A DNA stretch of 64,000 bases, taken from positions 36,690-100,689 of the forward strand of contig JAVEVE010000006.1 of the NCBI GenBank assembly GCA_034005165.1, read 5' to 3'. The stretch comes from Pseudobdellovibrionaceae bacterium. Its GTDB lineage: Bacteria; Pseudomonadota; Alphaproteobacteria; Micavibrionales; Micavibrionaceae. Shown in pieces: positions 8,845 through 17,548 of this stretch. The stretch's first letter is position 1. Each line of letters begins with the position of its first letter. A program made the position numbers and the translations under genes. The notes under the pieces were generated by a model. It saw nothing but the letters and a program-made list of their open reading frames with translations. It made no database searches and was not told the origin of the DNA.

Positions 8845-9471
8845 CTAAGCAGCCCACTTAGGCGCAAATCCCATCATACCAATCCCCATAGCCATTTGTG
8901 GCGGCCGGATCTTATATGTAATGCCCGCATTGTGAAGCGGTGACTTGAATGGAGAAACCATCGCTCCAAACAACTCGTTTAGAACAGATGAACCACCCAC
9001 TTTTACAGATTTTGAATCATAATAATGAGGAATATTCGCAGCCGGACGCGTCATCATGGAGGCATCCAGTCTGAAGGCAGTTTTGGGCAAGTTATGCTGG
9101 TCCTGCCCCCAGCTCTGGTAGAGATTGCGGGTCTGTTCCAGACCCCACCTGCCTTGGCGACAAACAGAGTCTGCCGCATCGCGGAAAATTTTGTCTTTGC
9201 CGCCCATCGCCATCACAGACGGTATTTTCATTTGTGGGGCAGTATATTTCATTGCAGGCTTCGCCACTTCGATAGAATGCGTTGTAACGTCTTGGGCATT
9301 CTTAACTATAGCCAATGCAGATAGTCTTTTTGAAGAGAACAGCATATCATTTGCTACAACAGTGTTACGAGCGGTGACAAAGGAGCTTGCCAAAGCAGCA
9401 TCTGACGGTGCAGTTCCGGTCCAGACCGTTCGCAACTCAGGAAGATGTTTGTTTGGTTTCGACAGACTCAT
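8845..9471 (-). CDS. Hypothetical protein (208 aa, no recognisable domain)
   Basis: Long ORF with no competing ORF of similar length. No signal peptide or TM seen. Met/Gly-rich C-terminus (PPQMAMGIGMMGFAPKWAA). Function unknown. Confidence 0.5.
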   Translation of the reverse strand: MSLSKPNKHLPELRTVWTGTAPSDAALASSFVTARNTVVANDMLFSSKRLSALAIVKNAQDVTTHSIEVAKPAMKYTAPQMKIPSVMAMGGKDKIFRDAADSVCRQGRWGLEQTRNLYQSWGQDQHNLPKTAFRLDASMMTRPAANIPHYYDSKSVKVGGSSVLNELFGAMVSPFKSPLHNAGITYKIRPPQMAMGIGMMGFAPKWAA

Positions 9472-9521
9472 ATCTATTTCCTATCTAAAAAATATATATA
9501 CCTATATATCTCTATGCAAGT

Positions 9522-9549
9522 AAAAAAGGACGACCAATATAAATTGGCC
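9522..9549 (-). terminator. Rho-independent terminator after the 9604..9903 ORF
   Basis: Minus strand reads GGCCAATTTATATTGGTCGTCCTTTTTT: a 7-bp stem (one G-U), a 4-nt loop, then a T-run. Confidence 0.5.
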
Positions 9550-9603
9550 GCCCTAGCTTGCTCTCTTGAAGAAAAACTATAATATTCAATTTCTTACGGA
9601 TAT

Positions 9604-9903
9604 TTACCTTAATTCCGGTTTTGGTTGCGGAAGAGGTGCTCTCCGAACTCCAGCCATCATGGCAAACAAGGAGCTCAACCTTTTCCCTTTATAAGGGACT
9701 TTCATGACAGCCATCGCCGCCATCAGTTTATGAACCCATAACTTACACAGTGTCGCGCCGGAAAATGTACCCGCAATCACCCATTCCACCCCCCTAAAGG
9801 CAGATCTCAGGGATGGGGTTTGGGCATAGTGAGCGTTCCTAAACGCATTACCTGCGACAGTTTTTGGACCTAACTTTCTATATATTTTATTTGGTTTTTT
9901 CAT
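9604..9903 (-). CDS. Small basic hypothetical protein (~99 aa from MKKPNK)
   Basis: The ORF-track ORF is 9604..9969. The ATG at 9903 (MKKPNKIYRKLGPK...) is preferred. One hydrophobic segment (WVIAGTFSGATLCKLWV). No family recognised. Confidence 0.4.
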   Translation of the reverse strand: MKKPNKIYRKLGPKTVAGNAFRNAHYAQTPSLRSAFRGVEWVIAGTFSGATLCKLWVHKLMAAMAVMKVPYKGKRLSSLFAMMAGVRRAPLPQPKPELR

Positions 9904-10013
9904 ACTCGAATCATACCATTTCGAAGCCTGACTTTGCAAATTCCGAAACGGGAAAATCAGCACTATCAAACTGATTTTATTTAATAAAAAAATTTAAAAA
10001 CAATTCTTATAAT

Positions 10014-11489
10014 TTAATACCCACCCCTTAACACAGGCTGCCTCGCAGCCTTAACTTCATCTAATCTGCGCCTTGGGGTTGTTTTCGGATTCTGATGAAT
10101 TTCTTCTGCTTTTCCGCTGCGGCTGTCCTCAGCTATTCCCCTCATCACATCCACAAAGATATCAATCGCCTCTTTGCTTTCCGTCTCTGTCGGTTCAATC
10201 AGCATTGCTCCCTGAACAACAAGAGGAAAGTATACGGTCATAGGATGGATACCGTTTTCAACCAAAGTCTTTGCAATATCCAATGTGGTAACTCCCTGCT
10301 CTTTCTGGATTTTGTCCGTCAGAAGGCATTCATGCATACATGTTTTGTCCCCGAACGGGGCATGGTAGGAGCCTTTTAGCTTCGCCAGAATATAATTTGC
10401 GCTGAGAACAGCGTCTTCCGAGACTTGCTTTAGTCCGTTCTTACCATGGGACATCATATAAGTGAGAGCACGAACAAACATTCCGAACTGCCCCTGATAC
10501 CCTTTGAGACGTCCGAAGGATGATGGTCGATTTTCCGTTGTTTCCAGCCTATAGCCCTGCCCGTTTTTTACTACACATGGAACTGGCAAGTAGTCTTTTA
10601 AACTTTCCGCGACACATATCGGTCCCGACCCAGGGCCACCGCCCCCATGAGGTGTCGAGAATGTCTTGTGCAAATTGATATGCATGACATCAACTCCGAA
10701 ATCAGCAGGGCGCACTTTCCCGACCAGCGCGTTAAAATTAGCTCCGTCACAATAGAAATACCCACCAGCTTCGTGGAGCAGTTTGGCACATTCAGCAATT
10801 TCAGATTCAAACAACCCGCAAGTATTCGGATTGGTTACCATCATCCCTGCAACATCTTTTCCGTCCCCGAGGGCCTGCTTAAAATTCTCGACCGTGACAC
10901 ATCCTGTTTCCTTGGTGGGGATAACTCGCAACTCGTAGCCGCACATGGCTGCAGTCGCAGGGTTTGTCCCGTGTGCAGAGTCAGGGCAGAGAATAATTTT
11001 TCTATGGGATTGACCGTTCAATTCGTGAGCGCGACGGATTGTCATTAACCCCGCCAGCTCACCATGAGCTCCCGCAGCAGGCGAGAGACATACACCGCGT
11101 AAACCTGTAAGTTCGCCTAACCAATTTTGTAATTCATACATCAACTCCAATGCCCCTTGGGCTGTTTCAGCAGGCTGCATCGGATGAATATTCGCAAATC
11201 CGTTAAGACGTGCGGTCTTTTCATTCAAACGTGGGTTATGCTTCATCGTACAACTGCCCAGAGGGAAGAAACCGTGATCTATAGAGAAATTCTTGGTCGA
11301 CAGGCGAACAAAATGCTTGACGATTTGAGGCTCTTTCAATTTTGGCCATCCAATTTCGGCCCTGACAGGAATCCCCGTCTTTGTACCAAGTCCTTTTAAA
11401 GACGAAAGATCAACGCCACATCCGTCTGATGCGCGATGCTCCCACAAAAGAGGCTCTTCGTAATCGAGGGCATAAGATTTATTTGTCAT
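10014..11489 (-). CDS. gcvPB: Glycine dehydrogenase (aminomethyl-transferring) subunit 2, GcvPB
   Basis: 491 aa. Typical GcvPB sequence (SCTMKHNP, NLHKTFSTPHGGGGPG with the PLP lysine). Confidence 0.93.
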   Translation of the reverse strand: MTNKSYALDYEEPLLWEHRASDGCGVDLSSLKGLGTKTGIPVRAEIGWPKLKEPQIVKHFVRLSTKNFSIDHGFFPLGSCTMKHNPRLNEKTARLNGFANIHPMQPAETAQGALELMYELQNWLGELTGLRGVCLSPAAGAHGELAGLMTIRRAHELNGQSHRKIILCPDSAHGTNPATAAMCGYELRVIPTKETGCVTVENFKQALGDGKDVAGMMVTNPNTCGLFESEIAECAKLLHEAGGYFYCDGANFNALVGKVRPADFGVDVMHINLHKTFSTPHGGGGPGSGPICVAESLKDYLPVPCVVKNGQGYRLETTENRPSSFGRLKGYQGQFGMFVRALTYMMSHGKNGLKQVSEDAVLSANYILAKLKGSYHAPFGDKTCMHECLLTDKIQKEQGVTTLDIAKTLVENGIHPMTVYFPLVVQGAMLIEPTETESKEAIDIFVDVMRGIAEDSRSGKAEEIHQNPKTTPRRRLDEVKAARQPVLRGGY

Positions 11490-12268
11490 GGGTTACTTCC
11501 TTTTCCGTTTCCAACGCATTGCGCGAAAAATTCGTCCATAAATTTTTTAAATTCATCCGGCTCCAGTACCGCTTTATTTTTTCTCTGGCTTGCGACAATA
11601 GAGTTAAAACATTTCTGATACGTGTAACTATTAACCCATTCACTCTCTTCCGTTGACATATCAGCCAATTCAACAGAAACAAGGGCATCATCCTTCTCGG
11701 TAACTTTTGCTACACAGCTTGAAGCAGATCCCTCCAAGTCCCTATAGGGCTCTATGCCCCTATCTTCTCCGTAGGCAATGTAAGGAAAATCGGAAGGCGT
11801 TGCCCATCTCGTCGCCAGCGCTTTTCCATCATCATCCAGTTTTAGAGATATCAATCCCCCGTTACAGCGGTCTCCACCAGGAATGCGTTCTTTTACCTTC
11901 AATATGCCCTCATCCGTTGTGACAAGCATTCCTGAAGAAAAGTGCCCGGCCCCTCCGCCATTCCAGATATAAGTCACCAGGTAGTCATTTCCCTTTACAT
12001 CATTTATAGCATAGAGATCGTAACCACCTTCAGCATATTCGATTGCGAAGCGGTGGTTATCTTCTTTCTTGATATTCTCTACGTTTGCCGAACACTCACT
12101 TAGATTTATTTCTGAAGGGCCGTTTCCTTCAGCAGGATCAAGAGCAGAGAAGCATGCAGGAGAAACCGGCATCCCGTTCCAGAGCATCTCAAGACCTAAA
12201 GTTTTTGCGTGAGATGAAAATGAAACAAATGCCAGACATGTTGAAAGGTATAAAAATCTCATATTCAA
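11486..12268 (-). CDS. Secreted hypothetical protein (260 aa) inserted between gcvPA and gcvPB
   Basis: N-terminal signal peptide (MRFLYLSTCLAFVSFSSHA/KT) and several Cys. No family recognised. ATGA overlaps with both neighbours (12265-12268 and 11486-11489). Confidence 0.6.
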   Translation of the reverse strand: MNMRFLYLSTCLAFVSFSSHAKTLGLEMLWNGMPVSPACFSALDPAEGNGPSEINLSECSANVENIKKEDNHRFAIEYAEGGYDLYAINDVKGNDYLVTYIWNGGGAGHFSSGMLVTTDEGILKVKERIPGGDRCNGGLISLKLDDDGKALATRWATPSDFPYIAYGEDRGIEPYRDLEGSASSCVAKVTEKDDALVSVELADMSTEESEWVNSYTYQKCFNSIVASQRKNKAVLEPDEFKKFMDEFFAQCVGNGKGSNP

Positions 12269-13038
12269 ACCCTTTCAAACCACGCATATGTTTTTTGAAC
12301 TAGATCGTGTGCTGTTTTCCCGCGACTAAAAATATGATCTGCCCCCTTAATTCTGACTTTCCCTTTTTCACATGTCAGATCATCGAAAAGTAGGTTCGGA
12401 TCTTCCCCCAACCAACTATCTTCCGCGACAACAACAAGTGAGGGAGCTGTAATTTTCTCGGCCATTTCTTTTGCCGCTTCCCGGGTAAGTTTTTTGACTT
12501 CTTCAATTGCATCAATTCCAACTGCAAATTTAAAACGACCTGTGCGCTCATAATGACGTCCATCATGGGATAATTGTGCATTTATTACCCAGCGGCGGCC
12601 AGGCTGATAAGATGGATCCCAGAAGCACAACGCATTGGCTTGCGGGTTGGCAAAAACCATCGTTAATCCGCCGTGAGAATGACCAATAACAAAGACCTTC
12701 TCATGACTGCCTCGCACATGACCCAAGACCGTATTTAAGTCTTTTGCATGAATATCCAGTGTTGTTTCATGCAGTCGACGATACCCCGTATCGTCATGGT
12801 AATATGCCAGCCTGTACACATCGTATCCGCGATCATTAAAGTAATCACGCGCGATTTGATGCAAGGCTTCCTCGGGCCTCCCCGTTAATCCATGGCCAAT
12901 CACGACTGCCTTTTTCGATGGTTTGTTTCCGGATTTATTGAGCCTGACAAAAATTTTCTTTCCATCAAATGCCGGAATATCAAAATCACTTTCACGCTCG
13001 AGACTTGCATCAATATCTTCGCGAGATATATCTTCCAT
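12265..13038 (-). CDS. Alpha/beta-fold hydrolase (257 aa)
   Basis: Nucleophile elbow VIGHSHGG (GxSxG) and C-terminal GADHIF (catalytic His candidate). Length and order fit a small serine hydrolase. TAATG overlap with the gcvPA stop. Confidence 0.7.
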   Translation of the reverse strand: MEDISREDIDASLERESDFDIPAFDGKKIFVRLNKSGNKPSKKAVVIGHGLTGRPEEALHQIARDYFNDRGYDVYRLAYYHDDTGYRRLHETTLDIHAKDLNTVLGHVRGSHEKVFVIGHSHGGLTMVFANPQANALCFWDPSYQPGRRWVINAQLSHDGRHYERTGRFKFAVGIDAIEEVKKLTREAAKEMAEKITAPSLVVVAEDSWLGEDPNLLFDDLTCEKGKVRIKGADHIFSRGKTAHDLVQKTYAWFERV

Positions 13039-14291
13039 TACACGACCTCCTCCAAAGCCATGACAAGCGACTTGATATCCGCATCGGTTGTCATTTCGGT
13101 CGCGGTTACCAGCATTCTGTTCCCGTTCAGCGGAAGACCTGGGATAATATTTTTATCCAGCAAATTTTTATGAATGCCCGATACAGGCCCAGAAAGCTCG
13201 ATGACAAACTCATTAAAGAATGTATCATTTTCAATCCGCACCCCTTCTACTGCACCTAAAGCCATAGCCAGAGCACAGGCCCGTTCATGATTGAGAAGAG
13301 CAAGTTGCTTTAACCCCTCCTCACCCAACAATGCGGCATGGACTGTAAAGGCCAACGCGCAGAGACCTTGATTGGTACAGATATTTGATGTCGCCTTTTC
13401 ACGGCGAATATGCTGCTCACGCGTTGACAGGGTTAAGACAAACCCTCGCTTACCTTCTGCATCTGTGGTTGCACCGCACATTCGTCCGGGCATCTGACGT
13501 AAATATTCCTGTTTGCAAGCGAAAAACCCGAGATGCGGCCCGCCGTAGGACATCGGAATGCCAATACTTTGCGCTTCACCACATACAATATCCGCCTCCA
13601 TTGGTGCAGGCAGCATACCAAGAGAAACAATCTCAGTTACCACGACGACCAGTTTTGCTCCAATTGCATCACATTTTTTCTTCCACTCTGCGTAGGCGTG
13701 CGGCTTACCAAAGAAGTCAGGAGACTGGATGATAATTGCTGCAACGGCCGTGTCTTTCTGCTTGGTAATGTTTTCTTTTCCGATATAGCTCTCCAAAACC
13801 TCGCGATAATGCGGATGGAGTTCATTTCCTACAATAATCTTTTCCCTGCCCGTCAGGCGCATAGCCATAAGGGCCGCTTCTGCGCAGGACGTCGCCCCGT
13901 CATACATAGATGCGTTTGCAACATCCATTCCAGTGAGTGTGGCTATGAATGTCTGGAACTCGAAAATGACCTGCAATGTTCCTTGCGCCATTTCCGGCTG
14001 GTACGGCGTATAAGAAGTCAAGAATTCGGATCTTTGAATAATATAATCCACAGCTGAGGGGATATGATGGCGATATACGCCTGCCCCTAGAAAAAAAGGC
14101 CCGTCATTGGCTGCTCTGTTTTTAGCTGCTAGGGCCGACATAAAGCGCTCGACTTCCATTTCGCCTTGATGATCTGGTAGATCATAGTCATTTCCGGTCG
14201 GCAGTTGCTTGAAAAGCGTATCGACGCTTTGCGCGCCGATTTCTTTTAGCATGTCCTTGCGGTCGTCGTGGGTAAGGGGCAAGTAACGCAT
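13038..14291 (-). CDS. gcvPA: Glycine dehydrogenase (aminomethyl-transferring) subunit 1, GcvPA
   Basis: 417 aa. Typical GcvPA N-terminus MRYLPLTHDDRKDMLKEIG and SYTPYQPE motif. Confidence 0.93.
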   Translation of the reverse strand: MRYLPLTHDDRKDMLKEIGAQSVDTLFKQLPTGNDYDLPDHQGEMEVERFMSALAAKNRAANDGPFFLGAGVYRHHIPSAVDYIIQRSEFLTSYTPYQPEMAQGTLQVIFEFQTFIATLTGMDVANASMYDGATSCAEAALMAMRLTGREKIIVGNELHPHYREVLESYIGKENITKQKDTAVAAIIIQSPDFFGKPHAYAEWKKKCDAIGAKLVVVVTEIVSLGMLPAPMEADIVCGEAQSIGIPMSYGGPHLGFFACKQEYLRQMPGRMCGATTDAEGKRGFVLTLSTREQHIRREKATSNICTNQGLCALAFTVHAALLGEEGLKQLALLNHERACALAMALGAVEGVRIENDTFFNEFVIELSGPVSGIHKNLLDKNIIPGLPLNGNRMLVTATEMTTDADIKSLVMALEEVV

Positions 14292-14299
14292 CGTTTTTT

Positions 14300-14671
14300 T
14301 TAATCCACTGTTTTGAGGTAATCTTGGTAGGCAGCTTCATCCATCAGGGAGGCTAATTCATCCGCATTGGTCATTTTAAACTTTGCGATCCATCCGTCCG
14401 CTCCGGACTTCAAATGATCAAAATCGTTCTCCAATGCATCATTTACACGAATTACTTCCCCTGTGACGGGAGTATAAACCTCCGCCGCTGTTTTAACGGA
14501 CTCAACAACTGCAAAATTCGATCCTTTTATGTATGTAGCCCCCAATTTAGGCAGCTCGATATAGACAAGATCCCCCAGCGCATGTTGTGCATATTCTGTA
14601 ATCCCGATAACGGCGACATCATCACCTTCCAGTTTGATCCATTCGTGATCTTTCGTGTATTTTGTTGTCAT
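14300..14671 (-). CDS. gcvH: Glycine cleavage system H protein
   Basis: 123 aa with the lipoyl-lysine motif ESVKTAAEVY and YTKDHEW at the N-terminus. Confidence 0.95.
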   Translation of the reverse strand: MTTKYTKDHEWIKLEGDDVAVIGITEYAQHALGDLVYIELPKLGATYIKGSNFAVVESVKTAAEVYTPVTGEVIRVNDALENDFDHLKSGADGWIAKFKMTNADELASLMDEAAYQDYLKTVD

Positions 14672-14700
14672 GTTTACGTCCTTTATTATTTATGAATGAT

Positions 14701-15756
14701 CTATTTTGTTGGTGCTTTTGTTCGCGGCCTCAAGAATGGCATGGTGACGACTTTAGCAGAGATTAGCCTTCCTCTGACGTCAATATTTACTTCAGTATTC
14801 GGAGTTGCATATTCCATCGGCAGATAGGCTTGCCCGATGGAACATTGTAATGTCGGAGAAAATCCTCCACTAGTCAGAGTGCCGATTTCATCTCCTTCAA
14901 AGGATTTTACTACTGCCCCCTCACGAGCAACCCCTTTATCCGTCAGCATAATTCCAACACGTTTCTTGGTCGGCGCCGGCATTGACTCTTTTGCATCTTT
15001 GCGCATCACCCATCCGAGATCCGCTTCAAGGGGGGGGGTTGTTGCGTCAATATCATGACCATAAAGGCAATAGCCCATTTCAAGGCGCAGAGAGTCTCTT
15101 GCTGCCAACCCTATCGGTTTCACGCGATCATCAGAAAGAAGTTTATTCCATAGGACTTCAGCAGAGTCATTCGGAACCGAGATTTCAAATCCGTCTTCTC
15201 CTGTATAGCCAAGGCGCGAGATAAACATCGTGTAATCCCGATACCATACGCCCATATACGGAACATCAGACAGATCAATCCCCAAAGCATCGCGTAAGAC
15301 TGCCTCAGATTGCGGGCCTTGTAGTGCCAATAACGCCCAGTCTTCAAAATGGATAAATTCCAACCCATCTGTCAGATTGGATTTGATCCATGCAATGTCC
15401 TTCTCCTTACATCCCGCATTTATCACCATATGGAAATCATCTTCTCCAGCCTTGGCGACCATCAAATCATCAATAATCCCGTTTTGCCCGTTGAGCAGGA
15501 CCGTGTATTTGGTACGCTGCACACCGAGCTTTTCAAAGGAGGATGGTGTTAGCCTTTCAAGAAGATCTTGCGCGCCTTTTCCTTTCACGCATATTTGCCC
15601 CATATGCGATACATCGAACAGACCTGCATGGTCACGTACCCATTCATGTTCTTTCAGAACACCCAGATCATAGTAAAGCGGCATATCATAGCCAGCGAAC
15701 TCTCCCATCTTGGCATTTAGCTTCATATGGGCGCCGTGGAGCGGTGTTTGTTTCAT
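14701..15756 (-). CDS. gcvT: Aminomethyltransferase, glycine cleavage system T protein
   Basis: Full-length GcvT similarity (TPLHGAH..MGEFAGYDMPLYY, LFDVSHMG). The ATG at 15756 (MKQTPLH) is preferred; the ORF-track TTG at 15786 would overlap the purS stop. Confidence 0.93.
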   Translation of the reverse strand: MKQTPLHGAHMKLNAKMGEFAGYDMPLYYDLGVLKEHEWVRDHAGLFDVSHMGQICVKGKGAQDLLERLTPSSFEKLGVQRTKYTVLLNGQNGIIDDLMVAKAGEDDFHMVINAGCKEKDIAWIKSNLTDGLEFIHFEDWALLALQGPQSEAVLRDALGIDLSDVPYMGVWYRDYTMFISRLGYTGEDGFEISVPNDSAEVLWNKLLSDDRVKPIGLAARDSLRLEMGYCLYGHDIDATTPPLEADLGWVMRKDAKESMPAPTKKRVGIMLTDKGVAREGAVVKSFEGDEIGTLTSGGFSPTLQCSIGQAYLPMEYATPNTEVNIDVRGRLISAKVVTMPFLRPRTKAPTK

Positions 15757-15778
15757 GTCTTCCCCATCAACAAGTTTA

Positions 15779-16012
15779 CTATGCAACTAGATTTACTTCA
15801 AAATCTTCTGTCACAGGGTTAGCCAGCAGCTTCTGGCACATTTCCCTCACGCGCGCCTCTGATGTTCCTTCCGGAACTTCGATCTCAATAAACTTTCCTT
15901 GATGTACATTTGCGACTTCAGAAAAACCCATATTATGAAGTGCACTTTCAATCGCTTTTCCTTGTGGATCAAGAACGCCTTTTCTCAAGGTCACTTTAAC
16001 GATAGCTTTCAT
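15779..16012 (-). CDS. purS: Phosphoribosylformylglycinamidine synthase subunit PurS
   Basis: 77 aa, MKAIVKVTLRKGVLDPQGKAIESAL: the classic PurS sequence. Confidence 0.92.
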   Translation of the reverse strand: MKAIVKVTLRKGVLDPQGKAIESALHNMGFSEVANVHQGKFIEIEVPEGTSEARVREMCQKLLANPVTEDFEVNLVA

Positions 16013-16044
16013 TTAATTTCCTTCTCTCTTAAAATTTGTTCCTG

Positions 16045-16923
16045 CTACTTCCAGGGTTTGGAAGGTGGCACTTTATTGATCGAACGCAATTTGCGTTCGC
16101 GGGCAATTTCGTTTTCAATTTCACCCAAAGATGCTGCAATTTGTTCATCCACACTTCCGCCCATGATAATGCCACTGTCAGGAATTAAACCAAATCTTTT
16201 TGCAATATCCTGATAGGCTTCAATCACGCCTCCCATATCCTGACGGAAACGATCCTTGTCCATTTTCTCGTTGGTTTTCTCATCCCACAGACGGCAATTG
16301 TCCGGAGAGATTTCATCAGCCAGAAGAATATAAACTTCATCATATTCTCCATAGAGACGACCGAATTCTAATTTAAAATCAACAAGCTTCACACCGATGC
16401 CGGAGAACAGGCCAGAGAGATAATCGTTGATACGCCAAGCTTGCGAGACAATCTCTTCCAGCTCATAAGGGTCAGCCCATCCCATATTCAGAATGTGATT
16501 TTCGCCAACCATCGGGTATCCCAATTGCTCATTCTTGTAATAAAATTCTATCAGCGGAAAATTGAGAGGAGCGCCCTCTTTGAGCCCCAGCTTTTGAACA
16601 AGAGAGCCTGCTGCGACATTTCGTATCACGATCTGAAACGGAAACATCTCCACCTGGCGGATCAGTTGTTCGCGCATATTTAACGACTTCAGAAAGTGGG
16701 TTGGAATCCCCATTGCTTCCAGCTTAGTCATGATGTGGGCTGAAATTCTGTTATTTAACACCCCCTTACCAGCAATCAATTCTTTTTTTCCGCCGTTTCT
16801 GGAACTGGCGTCATCCTTAAAATACTGGATATAGGTCCCCGGCTCAGGTCCTTCGAACAGAGTTTTATCTTTTCCGTCATAAATAACCTTGCGACGGGAT
16901 AAGTTGATACCGGAAAAAAGCAT
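16045..16923 (-). CDS. purC: Phosphoribosylaminoimidazole-succinocarboxamide synthase PurC (with a ~40-aa C-terminal extension)
   Basis: RRKVIYDGKDKTLFEGPEPGTYIQYFKDD matches the alphaproteobacterial PurC N-terminus, and LADEISPDNCRLWD is also present. At 292 aa it is longer than the PurC length I recall (~250 aa). Confidence 0.9.
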   Translation of the reverse strand: MLFSGINLSRRKVIYDGKDKTLFEGPEPGTYIQYFKDDASSRNGGKKELIAGKGVLNNRISAHIMTKLEAMGIPTHFLKSLNMREQLIRQVEMFPFQIVIRNVAAGSLVQKLGLKEGAPLNFPLIEFYYKNEQLGYPMVGENHILNMGWADPYELEEIVSQAWRINDYLSGLFSGIGVKLVDFKLEFGRLYGEYDEVYILLADEISPDNCRLWDEKTNEKMDKDRFRQDMGGVIEAYQDIAKRFGLIPDSGIIMGGSVDEQIAASLGEIENEIARERKLRSINKVPPSKPWK

Positions 16924-17064
16924 GCGTTTTTTGTCCTTTTGTGAGGCCTTTTTTTCAACCCCGTTAAGTCTTTAGTTAGAGTTACTTGGTATAACAGAAG
17001 ATGTGTTCCACGCAAACCATATCTAGGCCTGAGAGCCGATTTTAGAACAGGAGACAAAACACAA

Positions 17065-17394
17065 ATGCATAATATTATGTCTATGCAAGACCTTGGGAAA
17101 GCCATAGAAACAAAATTCGCCCATGATCAAGAGCTGCACTTCAAAATCGAACGTCAAACAGAAGTCCTTGTCGCAGAATGGGCAGCAGAGCGTATTGGTC
17201 TTGATCCCGACAGTTCAAAGAAATTCGTGATTGATCTTGGCGACTGGAGTCTTCAGCCTTCCGGCAATAGAGATTTTAAAGCCCGAATTATGGCTGACTT
17301 TTCAGCAAACGGCGTGGAAATTTCCGAAAATGCCCTAGAGCGCTTAATCGAGCTCAAACGACAGCAGGTTCGCCGCAAATATATGGCTTCCTGA
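17065..17394 (+). CDS. DUF1476 / F1-ATPase inhibitor zeta-subunit family protein, copy 1
   Basis: KFAHDQELHFKIERQTEVLVAEWAAERIG resembles the Paracoccus zeta-subunit N-terminus (KFAHDAELNFKAEARRNRLLGEWAA). AGGAGA lies upstream of the start. Confidence 0.8.
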   Translation: MHNIMSMQDLGKAIETKFAHDQELHFKIERQTEVLVAEWAAERIGLDPDSSKKFVIDLGDWSLQPSGNRDFKARIMADFSANGVEISENALERLIELKRQQVRRKYMAS

Positions 17395-17439
17395 TTGGTT
17401 TGTTCAGGGAAAAAGCTGAAAATTATTGCTGAAACAGTG

Positions 17440-17467
17440 GGGAGGTTTTATAAACCTCCCTTTTTTT
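17440..17467 (+). terminator. Rho-independent terminator
   Basis: GGGAGGTTT-TAT-AAACCTCCC followed by T7. Confidence 0.8.
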
Positions 17468-17548
17468 GTTGGCCCGTCCCCGTAACGTCTATATATTAGC
17501 TAAAAATCAGGATTCACACATATATAGCTGTAACTTAAAGGACGAAAC

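Noticed and set aside
16924-17064. Glycine-riboswitch-like fragments upstream of purC (minus strand CUCUCAGGC and, ~90 nt later, CACAAAAGGAC)
   Set aside because: The two pieces are contiguous in a real aptamer. The GGAGAG and ACCGAAGGGGCAA cores are missing, and the 141-bp region must also hold two divergent promoters. This is most likely coincidence. A cmsearch with RF00504 would settle it.
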